DNA of 63,910 bases, filler included. It is 4 parts of 4 records of this genome, joined end to end, with 100 filler letters (N's around TTAATTAATTAA, not from the genome) between each part and the next. Parts side by side here need not be neighbours in the genome. Positions count along the whole stretch, not along the records: positions 23,758 to 51,943 come from SRR20825019_2213; 3 more parts are not named here. The stretch is one strand, 5' to 3'. A model generated the notes under the pieces. It saw only the letters and a program-made list of their open reading frames with translations, was not told where the DNA came from and did no database searches. Below are positions 30,192-40,171 of this stretch, piece after piece. The position numbers and the translations under genes are program-made. Position 1 is the stretch's first letter; each line of letters starts with the position of its first letter.

Positions 30192-30989
30192 TCACCCCAT
30201 CAACAAGGATTGCGCTCCATCAATGTAAACCTCGGTGCCGGTGATATAGTCCGCCAAATCGGACGCCAAAAACCAGACGAGCCGGGCCACTTTTTCCGGA
30301 TCATTCCTTCCTCCTCCAAGCGGAAATTTACCTTCGGGAAACTCCACCGGTAAATGAAGCCCCGCCCGATTGCGACTGATCGTATTTCCTTGGATATTTG
30401 TTTTAAACGCCCCAGGGCAGATCGTGTTTACCCGAATATTATCCTTGGCCAGTTCCAAAGCGATCATCCGGCCAAACCCCACCATACCAGCCTTACTCGT
30501 CGAATAGGCCGTGGCTCCCGCCATACTAAACACGCGGTTACCCATCAGTGAGGCCATCAGGATGACCGAACCACCACCGCCCGCTTTCAGCAACGGCACA
30601 CAAGCCCGCACAGTCAAAAACGCTCCCTTCAGATTGATGTCGATCGTGCGATCCCATTCCTCCGGAGTAATCTCATCAATCGGAGCCCATACCCCGTTGA
30701 TCCCCGCATTGGCCACCACGATATCAATACCGCTCCAAGCCGCCTTGATTTTCCCCACCGCCGAAGCAAGATCCTCGGCGGAAGTCACATCGCAGGGCAA
30801 CGCCATCGCCGTGCCCCCCGCACCTTCAATCTCCTCCACCACTTTCCGCAGCGCCGGCTCATCGCGATCGATCATCCCGATCTTCGCGCCGCAGGAAGCC
30901 AGCAATCGGGCGATTGCCGCGCCCAATCCCGAACCAGCGCCGGTAATGACTGCGACTTTATCCGTCAAAGAGTCAGGTGGAGGATTCAT
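30192..30989 (-). CDS. SDR family oxidoreductase
   Basis: TGAGSGLG, ANAG, YSTSK and IRVNTICPG motifs. Confidence 0.92.
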   Translation of the reverse strand: MNPPPDSLTDKVAVITGAGSGLGAAIARLLASCGAKIGMIDRDEPALRKVVEEIEGAGGTAMALPCDVTSAEDLASAVGKIKAAWSGIDIVVANAGINGVWAPIDEITPEEWDRTIDINLKGAFLTVRACVPLLKAGGGGSVILMASLMGNRVFSMAGATAYSTSKAGMVGFGRMIALELAKDNIRVNTICPGAFKTNIQGNTISRNRAGLHLPVEFPEGKFPLGGGRNDPEKVARLVWFLASDLADYITGTEVYIDGAQSLLMG

Positions 30990-31086
30990 GCGGGCGAAGT
31001 TCTTTCGCAAAACCCACAGATCGCAAGCCGATAGCGACGGTTTCGTTTGGACAACAGGGCCCATTCGACACCACGTTTAAGCCAGC

Positions 31087-31848
31087 ATGGATCTGACGCC
31101 CTACCGCACCTTTTTGATCGAACTGGCCGAGACGAGTGGTGACTTCATTCGCCCCTACTTCGCGAATCCCGAACTCAAGGTCGAAACCAAGGCGGATGAC
31201 TCTCCGGTGACCGCCGCTGATCGCGGGGCCGAAAAATTGCTCCGCTCACTCATCAATAAAAAATTTCCTGATCACGGCATCATCGGTGAAGAGCACGGCA
31301 ACGAAAACGAGAATGCCGAATTCGTCTGGGTGCTCGATCCCATCGATGGAACCAAGAGCTTCATCACCGGGGTTCCACTCTGGGGCACGCTGATTGCCCT
31401 CCTCCACAATGGACAACCCGTGCTCGGTTGCATCAATCAACCGATCCTCAACCAACTCATGATCGGTGATGGCACGACCACCACGCTGAACGACAAACGC
31501 GTGCGATGCCGCACGACCAGCCGCATCGAAGACGCCACGCTCCTCACGAGCGATCCACTCAACATTCGCAAAGTTCTCGGCGATCAAGCCGATGGCTATG
31601 TTTCCCGAGCCCGACTCGTCCGCACCTGGGGCGATTGCTATGGATACCTGCTCGTCGCCTCCGGTCAGGCAGATGTGATGATCGATCCTCTGATGTGCCC
31701 CTGGGACATCGCCGCGCTCGTGCCCATCATCCGGGGCTCCGGCGGCGTGATTACCGATTGCGCCGGCAACAGCCCCTACCCCGCCGATTCAATTCTCGCT
31801 GCATCAAAGGAGTTACACCCTCAAGTGGTCGCCGCGTTGAATGCCTGA
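31087..31848 (+). CDS. hisN: Histidinol-phosphatase, inositol monophosphatase family
   Basis: SPVT.AD, GEE, WVLDPIDGTKSF, WGDCYGY and WDIAA motifs. Confidence 0.75.
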   Translation: MDLTPYRTFLIELAETSGDFIRPYFANPELKVETKADDSPVTAADRGAEKLLRSLINKKFPDHGIIGEEHGNENENAEFVWVLDPIDGTKSFITGVPLWGTLIALLHNGQPVLGCINQPILNQLMIGDGTTTTLNDKRVRCRTTSRIEDATLLTSDPLNIRKVLGDQADGYVSRARLVRTWGDCYGYLLVASGQADVMIDPLMCPWDIAALVPIIRGSGGVITDCAGNSPYPADSILAASKELHPQVVAALNA

Positions 31849-31850
31849 AC

Positions 31851-31925
31851 TGTAGAGCGGGATCGCTGATCCCGCCTTTTTAGTTTGAGATTATTCCAAG
31901 GCGGGATCAGCGATCCCGCCCTACA
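31851..31925. repeat. REPIN: inverted pair of GTAG-type REPs between convergent genes
   Basis: TGTAGAGCGGGATCGCTGATCCCGCCTT ... AAGGCGGGATCAGCGATCCCGCCCTACA. Confidence 0.85.
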
Positions 31926-31928
31926 AAC

Positions 31929-32306
31929 TTATTTCTTCCTCGTTTTGCGGGGTGCTTTCTTCGGTGACCAATCGGCCGTGATGCGCGAAGAAAAACCACC
32001 ACGGGCTTTCCAGTTGGCGATGATCGAGAGCTTGCGGGGCTTCAGTGCCGCGCCGAGATCGTCACAGATCTTATTGGTCGCCGCTTCGAAGAAGATCCCC
32101 TCGTTGCGATAGGCGTGAAAGTAGAGCTTCAGCGACTTGAGTTCCACGCAGGTCTTATCCGCCACGTAGCTGATCGTAATGTCGGCAAAATCGGGATGTC
32201 CCGTCATCGGGCACACCGAAGTGAATTCGTGATGCGTGTGCTCGATCAGAAAATCGCGATGCGCAGCAGGATTGGGGAAAGTTTCGAGAATCTTTGGATC
32301 GGACAT
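31929..32306 (-). CDS. queF: NADPH-dependent preQ0 reductase, short type
   Basis: EFTSVCPMTGHPDF (catalytic Cys) and ELKSLKLY QueF motif; RGG. Confidence 0.92.
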   Translation of the reverse strand: MSDPKILETFPNPAAHRDFLIEHTHHEFTSVCPMTGHPDFADITISYVADKTCVELKSLKLYFHAYRNEGIFFEAATNKICDDLGAALKPRKLSIIANWKARGGFSSRITADWSPKKAPRKTRKK

Positions 32307-32316
32307 GATGCTGAAA

Positions 32317-32433
32317 AGTAGTGGGCAGCGAGTAGCCAGTAGCGAGTAGAAATTCCAGCCAAGCTTCTTGTGCTATCTTCCAGATGCCCGCTGCTTGCCA
32401 CTCAATACTCGCTACTGCGCGGCTCCGCCGCGC
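32317..32433 (-). repeat. Two inverted heptamer arrays plus a GGA-triloop hairpin between rny and queF
   Basis: AGTAGTG GGCAGCG AGTAGCC AGTAGCG AGTAGAA (32317-32351); CGCTGCT TGCCACT CAATACT CGCTACT (32389-32416); GCGCGGC-TCC-GCCGCGC (32417-32433). Confidence 0.85.
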
Positions 32434-34014
32434 TCACTTCGCCGTTTCCGTGAAGCGCTGTTCGCGGATCACGGTGACTTTGATCGCACTCGGATATTCC
32501 AATTCGGTTTCGATCTTCTCCCGCAGAATTTTGGCGATCTGCCGGGCACGGTCATCGGTCACCACTTGGGGCGCTACCACCACACGGATCTCCCGCCCGG
32601 CCTGAATCGCAAAGGCCTGTTGCACGCCTTCGATATCAAGGGCCAGTTTTTCGAGATTATCCAAACGCTGCACGTAGCCGGTAATTGATTCGGCGCGAGC
32701 TCCCGGCCGCACCGCCGAAATCGTATCAGCCAAAATGACTAGTCCGGCGTAGACGGTTTCGGGCTTCACTTCCTCGTGATGCGCTTCGACCGCATTGACC
32801 ACGATGGGAGTCTCCCCGTAGCGCTTGATGTATTCCGCGCCGATATGCGCGTGACTGCCTTCGAGTTCTCCGGAAAGTGATTTGCCGATATCGTGCAACA
32901 GGCCCGCCCGCTTCGCGATGTTGGGATCGAGCCCCACTTCGCTCGCGATCATCGAAGCGAGAAACGCGGTCTCGATGGAGTGATCGAGCACGTTCTGATT
33001 ATAGGAAAACCGATATTTCAAACGGCCTAGCAGATCGATGATCTCAGGATGCAACCCGTTGATTTTGAGTTTGGCCACGGCGTCTTCACCGGCCTGTGTA
33101 GCCGTCACGCCGACTTCCTCCTGTGCGCGCTTAACGAAATCCTCGATCGTCGCCGGATGAATCCGGCCATCCGCAATCAAGGCCTCCATCGAACTGCGCG
33201 CGACCTCGCGACGCACCGGATCGAAGGATGAGATCAACACCGTCTGCGGCGATTCATCGATCAGCACGGTCACTCCGGTCGCCTGTTCAAAAGCCTTAAT
33301 ATTCCGGCCTTCGCGACCAATGATGCGCCCCTTCATCTCTTCGCTCGGCAGCTGAATAATGGTCGCGGAAAGATCGTTGTTCGGCTTGGTCGCGAGTCGT
33401 TGCATCGTGGCGATCAACTTGCGCTGCGCTTCCGTTTCCAATTCGCGCTCGGATTTTTCCAGCATCTCGCGACGCATGGCCCGCAATTCATCCTGACATT
33501 CCAACGCGATTTCCTCGCGCAAGGTCTGTTGAATTTCCTCGGCGTCCATTTGCGAAACGCCTTCCAAACGTTTGCGGACACTTTTCGACAGATCGCGGAT
33601 CGCATCGCGCGCCTGCCGCACCGCGGCGTTTTCACGATTCACGCGTTCCTGTCGCTGTTCGACCTGGTAATCCAGCAACGCGAGCGATTCTTCGTGCGCC
33701 CGAATTTCGCGCAACCGCACTTCGGCATCGATTTCCGCCCGCGCAAATTTCTTGGTCATTTCCGAGCGCTTGTGACTGATCTCCTGCGCGGCCTTTTGTT
33801 TCACCTCTTCGGCGGCCACCGCGGCCTCGCGGCGGGCCACGTTCAGCAGCTCGGCAGCTTGTTCATGAGCGACGCGACGGGTATGACGGGTAACCGCCCA
33901 AACCACGCAAAATCCAACGCCCATGCCGAGCACGAGCGCGATCGCCAGCGGCCAATCGAATTGACCACTCGTAGCAAACAACGAAGCGAAATAGACTGGG
34001 TCTGCTCCCATCAA
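32434..34014 (-). CDS. rny: Ribonuclease Y
   Basis: N-terminal membrane helix, coiled coil, KH domain (KGRIIGREGRNI), HD domain (LLHDIGK) and IQAGREIRV. Confidence 0.95.
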   Translation of the reverse strand: MMGADPVYFASLFATSGQFDWPLAIALVLGMGVGFCVVWAVTRHTRRVAHEQAAELLNVARREAAVAAEEVKQKAAQEISHKRSEMTKKFARAEIDAEVRLREIRAHEESLALLDYQVEQRQERVNRENAAVRQARDAIRDLSKSVRKRLEGVSQMDAEEIQQTLREEIALECQDELRAMRREMLEKSERELETEAQRKLIATMQRLATKPNNDLSATIIQLPSEEMKGRIIGREGRNIKAFEQATGVTVLIDESPQTVLISSFDPVRREVARSSMEALIADGRIHPATIEDFVKRAQEEVGVTATQAGEDAVAKLKINGLHPEIIDLLGRLKYRFSYNQNVLDHSIETAFLASMIASEVGLDPNIAKRAGLLHDIGKSLSGELEGSHAHIGAEYIKRYGETPIVVNAVEAHHEEVKPETVYAGLVILADTISAVRPGARAESITGYVQRLDNLEKLALDIEGVQQAFAIQAGREIRVVVAPQVVTDDRARQIAKILREKIETELEYPSAIKVTVIREQRFTETAK

Positions 34015-34060
34015 AGGCCGCAGAACCTACCCAGCCCCAAGCAAAGCTCAAGCTTTCTCC

Positions 34061-35704
34061 CTAATCTAAATTTTCGGGTGTTTTTTGAAAAACCGGCACC
34101 GTGCCATCGAGCACTTCCTGCAATCTTGCAAGGGCCGCCGCCTCACCATCGGTCGCATCGGTTTGCACCAAAACATAGGCCCAGCGATCCGCCCGGCCAT
34201 GCCGCAAACGATCCCAGGCGCCAAACAGCATCCGCTCCCAGTGAGTGGCCACCACCCGATCCGAACTCACAAACCAATAGGCGAGCAACGCCGGCAGCCG
34301 TTTCTTGCCGCCGTCGATCTCGTGTTCGATCCGCAGGATCGTCGCAGGGATAAGAATCTCCTTATCAGAGGATACCGCAAAGTCCTGACCAGAACTTCCC
34401 GTGATCGTCCATCCCTGTCCGGTCACGCACAACTCCGGGCGATGAATCGAGGTGCGATCCTTGCCGCTCAGCACAATCGAGAGAAAGACCTGATGCCCCG
34501 GCTGATGCAGCGCCACGTAGTTTCGACGCGAGTAACCGGTATCGGGAGGCAGAATCTCACGTTCAATCGCCGTGACCTTCGCCTCCCGCCCGATCCAGTC
34601 CACGCCAATAAACGCCGGGAGTTCGACCGGATTCGTGCCATCGGCTGTTAAATAGACCCCACTGTCCGTGCGCACCGGCAACGTATCGAAATGCCGAATC
34701 GCCCCGATGCTTAGCACCGCGCCAATCACGATGACGATCACACCATTCCTCGCGTTGGGGGCGTGCGTTGATTCCGGGGCCGACCAGAGTGCCTCGGGTT
34801 TAGCCAACGCGCCAACCACCGCCCCCGGGGCGATCCGTCTCAGCAGGTTCACACTCGCGAGCACCAACCCAAGCACGACGACAAACACGATAAATCCCGC
34901 CCAATCGTGCACGATCAATCCCGCCTCCTGCCCCCACCATTCCGCCACGAAGACAATCGCGGAAATCCGCACGACATTACCCACGTAAGTAAACGGGAAA
35001 CTTAATAACAAGATCAGCCCGCGCGCCCACCAGGACCGAAAGTTCAAATAGCCCACCAACAGTGAAAGCGCTGTCAGCGCCAGCAGCGAACGCACTCCCG
35101 AACAGGCTGCCGCCACATCGTATTGATAAGCGCCATCCGGCGAGAAGAGCTGCGTGCCATTGCGCACGACTTCGATGCCCGCCGTGTTTGCCAACAGATG
35201 GCTCGCCTCGATTACCCACATGCGCAGCCAAAAACCAGCCGTATCGAGGACGTTGATCGGCATCGCGAATAGCATGAACGCCAGTGGAAACGCCGCCGCC
35301 CGGCCCCAACGTCGACCACCCGCCAACACCGCCAATCCCCACATAAATAACAATAGCGCAAAAATCGAGATCCGCGACTGTTGCACCGCATAGCCGAGCA
35401 CATGCAGCGCGAGTCCGCCGAACATTGCCAGATTCGCGCGACCACGATCAGCCGGATTCGGGGCAACCGGTAATTGACGCGCGTTCTGCCAAAACAGCCA
35501 CAGGCTCAGCCCCAGAATAAACCAGCCGTGTTCCATTTCCGAACTGGGATTAGCCCATTGAAATCCCCACCAATAAAACAACGAATTCGAATCGATGTAG
35601 CCCCGCGTGGCATTACCCCAAAACTGAAACACCAGAAACCCCAGGCATGCGCAGACCAGCAACGGCCAGAAAACGATTAAGGGTGCCCGCTGGTTTCTTG
35701 TCAT
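34061..35704 (-). CDS. Exosortase fused to an EpsI-like domain
   Basis: ACSG, NxxR and HD catalytic residues; C-terminal SIHRPELC..GQGW and YWF motifs. Confidence 0.9.
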   Translation of the reverse strand: MTRNQRAPLIVFWPLLVCACLGFLVFQFWGNATRGYIDSNSLFYWWGFQWANPSSEMEHGWFILGLSLWLFWQNARQLPVAPNPADRGRANLAMFGGLALHVLGYAVQQSRISIFALLLFMWGLAVLAGGRRWGRAAAFPLAFMLFAMPINVLDTAGFWLRMWVIEASHLLANTAGIEVVRNGTQLFSPDGAYQYDVAAACSGVRSLLALTALSLLVGYLNFRSWWARGLILLLSFPFTYVGNVVRISAIVFVAEWWGQEAGLIVHDWAGFIVFVVVLGLVLASVNLLRRIAPGAVVGALAKPEALWSAPESTHAPNARNGVIVIVIGAVLSIGAIRHFDTLPVRTDSGVYLTADGTNPVELPAFIGVDWIGREAKVTAIEREILPPDTGYSRRNYVALHQPGHQVFLSIVLSGKDRTSIHRPELCVTGQGWTITGSSGQDFAVSSDKEILIPATILRIEHEIDGGKKRLPALLAYWFVSSDRVVATHWERMLFGAWDRLRHGRADRWAYVLVQTDATDGEAAALARLQEVLDGTVPVFQKTPENLD

Positions 35705-35734
35705 CTCCGCTATTCAGAACTTAACTTTCTCCAC

Positions 35735-36658
35735 TTGGCAAAACCAACTCCAGATTCCAACCGCAATCTGCTCGTGACCGAATTATGGGGATTGGGCGAT
35801 CTCGCCGTGGCGATGCCCTTTCTGCAGGTCGCTTCCCGACATGCCAAAGTCACCCTGCTCGCCAAGCCTCACGCCGCTCCACTCCTCCGCCGTTTCGCGC
35901 CCGACGTGGACCACGTTTCCTTCGTCGCGCCATGGACGTCCTTTCGCGGGAAATACCAACTGCACCGCTGGCCGTGGCGCGGGATGCGCGAAATGTTACG
36001 CCAGCTCAAGAAACAGAATTTCACACATGCCGTCTCCGCGCGACCCGATCCCCGCGAACACTTTTTCCTCAGCCGGGCAGGCGCAAACAAGCTGATCGGT
36101 TTCCCGCGCGCCGCCTCAGGGCTCTTTCTCAATCCATCTCTGCCCATTCCTGAAAATCCGCATCGTGCCGCCGCGTGGCAGCGACTCGCCGAACAATTCG
36201 ATTGGGAACTCCCTGCGGGCCCGGATAATAATCCGTCAGGACGTCACATCGTAATCCACACCGGCGCGGCCCAACCCGTGCGACGCTGGCCACGTGAACG
36301 ATTCGAAACGATCGCCGCAAAACTCCGTGAACTCAATTGGACGGTCACGCTCATCGACGAAACGCATGGCGACCTCGATTCCCTGCTCGCGACCCTCGCG
36401 ACGGCCGATCGGTTCATTGGTAACGATTCCGGCCCGGGACATCTCGCCGCCCTCCTCGGGATCCCCACTTTCACGATCTTCGGCCCGCAGCTTTCCGAAA
36501 ACTTCGCTCCGCAACATCCCCGTGCCGCGTGGATCGATGGCGCTCCTTGCCCGCACAAACCCTGCTTCGACAACTGCCGTTTCGAACGTGCGCATTGTCT
36601 GCTCGATGTGAAAGTCGAGGACGTTGCTGATCGAATCCAATCCTGGTTAACCGCCTAA
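35735..36658 (+). CDS. Glycosyltransferase family 9
   Basis: GLGD, HTGA..RRWP, GNDSGPGHLAA and FGP motifs; TTG start. Confidence 0.9.
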   Translation: MAKPTPDSNRNLLVTELWGLGDLAVAMPFLQVASRHAKVTLLAKPHAAPLLRRFAPDVDHVSFVAPWTSFRGKYQLHRWPWRGMREMLRQLKKQNFTHAVSARPDPREHFFLSRAGANKLIGFPRAASGLFLNPSLPIPENPHRAAAWQRLAEQFDWELPAGPDNNPSGRHIVIHTGAAQPVRRWPRERFETIAAKLRELNWTVTLIDETHGDLDSLLATLATADRFIGNDSGPGHLAALLGIPTFTIFGPQLSENFAPQHPRAAWIDGAPCPHKPCFDNCRFERAHCLLDVKVEDVADRIQSWLTA

Positions 36659-37714
36659 GACATTCCGCCACACCTCGGTTGTTTCTTTCGCGCAACGCGC
36701 CCAGCTGAATTGCGCCGCTCGCGCCTTACCTTTTTCGATCAGTCCTTCCCTCAATCCGTTTTCGCTCGTGAGCATACGGATCGCGTTTTGGAACCCCTGC
36801 AAAGTAATCTCCGCATAGAGCGGCGCATCACCCCCGATTTCCGGTAAACTCGCCACGCGGCCACAAATAACCGGACATCCCGCCGTCATCGCCTCGAGCA
36901 CGGGCAGACCGAATCCTTCGTATCGACTCGGAAAGAGCAATGCCCGGGCTCGGTGATATAACGCCAGAAGCACTTCGTCGGTTTGATAACCGAGGAAATG
37001 CCAATCACGCGGAGGAGGCCCTTCATGCGCCACCCCCTGCCAACGCGATCCGACAATCACCAACGGCGGCATTTTCTCCCGGCGGAGGTTCGCGTCCGCC
37101 CAGACTTCCCGCAGAAGCTTGAGATTTTTTCCGGGCTCCAATGAGCCTACGAACAGGAAAAAGTCGGAAGGCAAATCAGCCGGAATTTGTTCCGTTTCAG
37201 CCAGAGTAACCCCATGCGGCACCACCGTGATTTTCGCTGCGGGTAATTCGAGAAGCGTCATCGCTTCATCGGCCGTGAATTGACTCACGGCGATGATCTG
37301 GTCCGCGTGCCTGAGTTGCCGCAGGCGCGATTGCCCACTGAGACGTTGCCAAGGGCGGAACCGTTTCGGAGAGCGCAGCAACGCCAAATCGTGCAGCGTC
37401 ACCACATGTGGGCAGGATGGTTTCGCAATTAAGGGGAGTGCCGTCGAATGCAGCAAGTCGGCCGGTGTGTCACGCAGTTGCTTCTTCGCCGTCGTGCGCG
37501 CCCAGATCAGCTCGCGCCACGCGGTTTTCAGTGCGCGCTGCGGTTGCGCATAATCGAAATTTTCCACCGGCCACGCCCACGGTTGAACCGTAAAGTCCTT
37601 GTCTCCATTCTCCGCGAGCCCCGTCTGCAAACCACGCACATAGCGCGCCACCCCGGCACGGGTCGTATAAAGGGGATTCGTATCGAGAGCGATCTGCACG
37701 GCGAGGTGTTTCAT
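36647..37714 (-). CDS. Glycosyltransferase family 4
   Basis: GVARY, VTLHD, VGSLEPGKN and EGFGLPVLEAM motifs. Confidence 0.92.
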   Translation of the reverse strand: MKHLAVQIALDTNPLYTTRAGVARYVRGLQTGLAENGDKDFTVQPWAWPVENFDYAQPQRALKTAWRELIWARTTAKKQLRDTPADLLHSTALPLIAKPSCPHVVTLHDLALLRSPKRFRPWQRLSGQSRLRQLRHADQIIAVSQFTADEAMTLLELPAAKITVVPHGVTLAETEQIPADLPSDFFLFVGSLEPGKNLKLLREVWADANLRREKMPPLVIVGSRWQGVAHEGPPPRDWHFLGYQTDEVLLALYHRARALLFPSRYEGFGLPVLEAMTAGCPVICGRVASLPEIGGDAPLYAEITLQGFQNAIRMLTSENGLREGLIEKGKARAAQFSWARCAKETTEVWRNVLGG

Positions 37715-37810
37715 ACCGAAACAAATTGTGGCTCACCGCAAGCAGCACATCGCATTCACCTCATGGACAAATAGGCTGCCCATGCGAAGAAATCCTGCTT
37801 TCGTAAAATC

Positions 37811-38896
37811 ATGTTTTCCTCACCCCTGCTCAATCCAGAGCGCACTCGACTCCCCGCGGGATTGCGGTCATGGATTGGCGACCGATTGAGCGGACCTCCC
37901 GGAGGAATAAGGCAACGACATTTCAAAGCAGCCATTTATCATCTCGACCGGCTGGGCGATGCCGTGCTCGCCATCACCACGATTCGCACCTTGCTCAATC
38001 ATTTCGGCCCGGAGCAATGCGTGTTGGTCACTTCGGATGCTCAGGCTCCGTTATTCGCGATGGAGTTTCCCCATCTTGCCATGATCGTATTCCCCACCGG
38101 TGCGCCTGGGGTGCTCCGTGACATTCTACCGTTGTGGTTTCGGGGAAGACCGCGCGTTGGCGATATTTCCGCTGAGCATACCATTTGCCTCAGCCACAAT
38201 CGCACGCTTTACAAACAGGTCGTCCTTTCGTGGATCAAAACCAAGCACGTGCATCTGCACGACCGCGAGACTTACCCTAAAACGTTTCGCGATGGGTGGT
38301 GCTTCGAATTGGAAGCCCATCATCAATTACTCTCGAAGGCACTCCAACGTGATGTGCCCCCTGACGAGATCGTGCCTCGATTCACCACCGCAATTTCACG
38401 CGAAGGTGATGAGCTGCTGGTCTGCCCGCGATCCAGTGAGAGCATTCGGGAAATCCCCGATCAGGTCTTGCTCGATGCTTTGAAACTCTGGCAACAATCC
38501 AATCGCTCCAAGCTCATTTTCTGCGGCACACGTGAGCAGTCGGTCGGATTGCAGACCCTTGCCGAGGCCGTGAATCGCAACGCGCCGGAGTCCGCCCGCG
38601 TGATCCTCCCCGAATCAATCGCGAAGCTCGTGAGACTGATCGCCCAAGCCGGAGCCGTGATGGGGGTAGATAGTGCACCCGCCCATATCGCCACCGCACT
38701 CGATAAACGAACCACCGTGATCGGCGGCGGCGGCACCTTCGGCATGTGCTTTCCCTGGTCGCGATCAGACCGGCAGAATCTCGTGACGAATCGCATCCCC
38801 TGCTACGGTTGCGGTTGGCATTGCACGCAGCCTGAAGTTCGCTGCATGACCGGGATCACCGCCGAACAAATCGCCCGGACGATCCCTCCGCTGTAA
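37811..38896 (+). CDS. Glycosyltransferase family 9
   Basis: RLGDAV, GVDSAPAHIA and C-terminal CxxC..C. Confidence 0.85.
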   Translation: MFSSPLLNPERTRLPAGLRSWIGDRLSGPPGGIRQRHFKAAIYHLDRLGDAVLAITTIRTLLNHFGPEQCVLVTSDAQAPLFAMEFPHLAMIVFPTGAPGVLRDILPLWFRGRPRVGDISAEHTICLSHNRTLYKQVVLSWIKTKHVHLHDRETYPKTFRDGWCFELEAHHQLLSKALQRDVPPDEIVPRFTTAISREGDELLVCPRSSESIREIPDQVLLDALKLWQQSNRSKLIFCGTREQSVGLQTLAEAVNRNAPESARVILPESIAKLVRLIAQAGAVMGVDSAPAHIATALDKRTTVIGGGGTFGMCFPWSRSDRQNLVTNRIPCYGCGWHCTQPEVRCMTGITAEQIARTIPPL

Positions 38897-38902
38897 CTCC
38901 GG

Positions 38903-40171
38903 ATGAAACTTACCCTCGCCGATCTGAAGCAACGCCTCCTGCCGATCATCCTTTCGCAGGTGATCGGAATTGCCTGCGGTATTGTCGGAGTGAAAGTGAT
39001 CTCAGCCTGGGTCGAACCTTCGGCGCTGGGACTTTACGGCGTTTTTCTCACCTTCACGACTACCGGGATGTGGGTCGTTCATGTGGGGCTAATCAAATAT
39101 GTGGTGCGACATTGGGGTGGCTCGACCAACCGACGCGCGATGCTGACCACCATCGTCACACTTTGGATTCGCAAGCTGCCTTGGCTGCTGGGCATCGCGA
39201 TTATCGCTGCGATTATCATCGGACGCCCCTGGGCTGCGATCGGGTTGTTCATTGCCTCGGCTCTGCTCTCGATCACCGCCTTGGCGCAAAACGCCCTGCA
39301 GGCCGCCCGTGAACACTGGCAGGATTTTCGAGTCTCGGCCGGAGCATCGCTGACCCGGACATTTGCGCCACCACTGATTTATTTCGCGATGGGAGGTGTC
39401 TGGGCGGGTCTCTGGCTCGGCTTCGCCGGACACACGTTGATCGCCGCGTTAATCGGGGCATGGGCGCTTCGCGCGTATTGGCGTCGCACCGACGACACTC
39501 CCCAGAATCAACCGATCCGTCTCGACGGCATTTACACGGGATACTTTTTTACTCTGCTGGCGGCGGTCAGTTGGGTATTGAGCGGGCTGAATCGCTGGCT
39601 GACCGCCGCGTGTTTCGGCACGGTCGAAGCAGGCTATTTCACCCTCGCGAGCAATATCGCCCTGATCATCCCCACGATGGTCAGTGCCGTCTTCATTCAA
39701 TTCTACCAACCCCTGCTATTCGCCGGAGCGGATCAGCCTCAAACGGATCGCACCACTCTGGCCCGACAAGTCGATCTGATGGCCCTCGGGCACAATCTAC
39801 TCTCAATCATCGGCCTGCTCACGCTGGTGCAACTCGCGCCGATGCTAATCGGACCTTTGATCAATCCCACCTACACCGACGCGTTGCCGTGGATTCTCCC
39901 GGCGGGATGCTTCGGAATCGCGATTGGCACCGCGCAATTTTACCACGCCCTGCTCCTCGCCGTCCGTCGCGAAAAAAACTGTGCGCCAATGGATTTGGGA
40001 TTCACCGCGATTCTCATCACCGGCGGGATCGCCAGTGCTCTCATTGGCCCCGGATGGTTTCAACGTTGGCTGCTCATTAGTCCGCTGATACCGTGGGTGT
40101 TCAATTGCACACTCGCCCATCATTACATCAGGAGACCGGTCGCAGACCAAAAGTCTTCAGAGGTCCGGTAA
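38903..40171 (+). CDS. Polysaccharide flippase-like (Wzx) membrane protein
   Basis: Many transmembrane helices, LGLY and AGYF patterns, glycosyltransferase neighbours. Confidence 0.65.
   Translation: MKLTLADLKQRLLPIILSQVIGIACGIVGVKVISAWVEPSALGLYGVFLTFTTTGMWVVHVGLIKYVVRHWGGSTNRRAMLTTIVTLWIRKLPWLLGIAIIAAIIIGRPWAAIGLFIASALLSITALAQNALQAAREHWQDFRVSAGASLTRTFAPPLIYFAMGGVWAGLWLGFAGHTLIAALIGAWALRAYWRRTDDTPQNQPIRLDGIYTGYFFTLLAAVSWVLSGLNRWLTAACFGTVEAGYFTLASNIALIIPTMVSAVFIQFYQPLLFAGADQPQTDRTTLARQVDLMALGHNLLSIIGLLTLVQLAPMLIGPLINPTYTDALPWILPAGCFGIAIGTAQFYHALLLAVRREKNCAPMDLGFTAILITGGIASALIGPGWFQRWLLISPLIPWVFNCTLAHHYIRRPVADQKSSEVR

Noticed and set aside
32317-32433. preQ1 riboswitch or CRISPR array upstream of queF
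   Set aside because: No recognisable preQ1 stem-loop with an A-rich tail; the units are contiguous 7-mers with no spacers and no cas genes.
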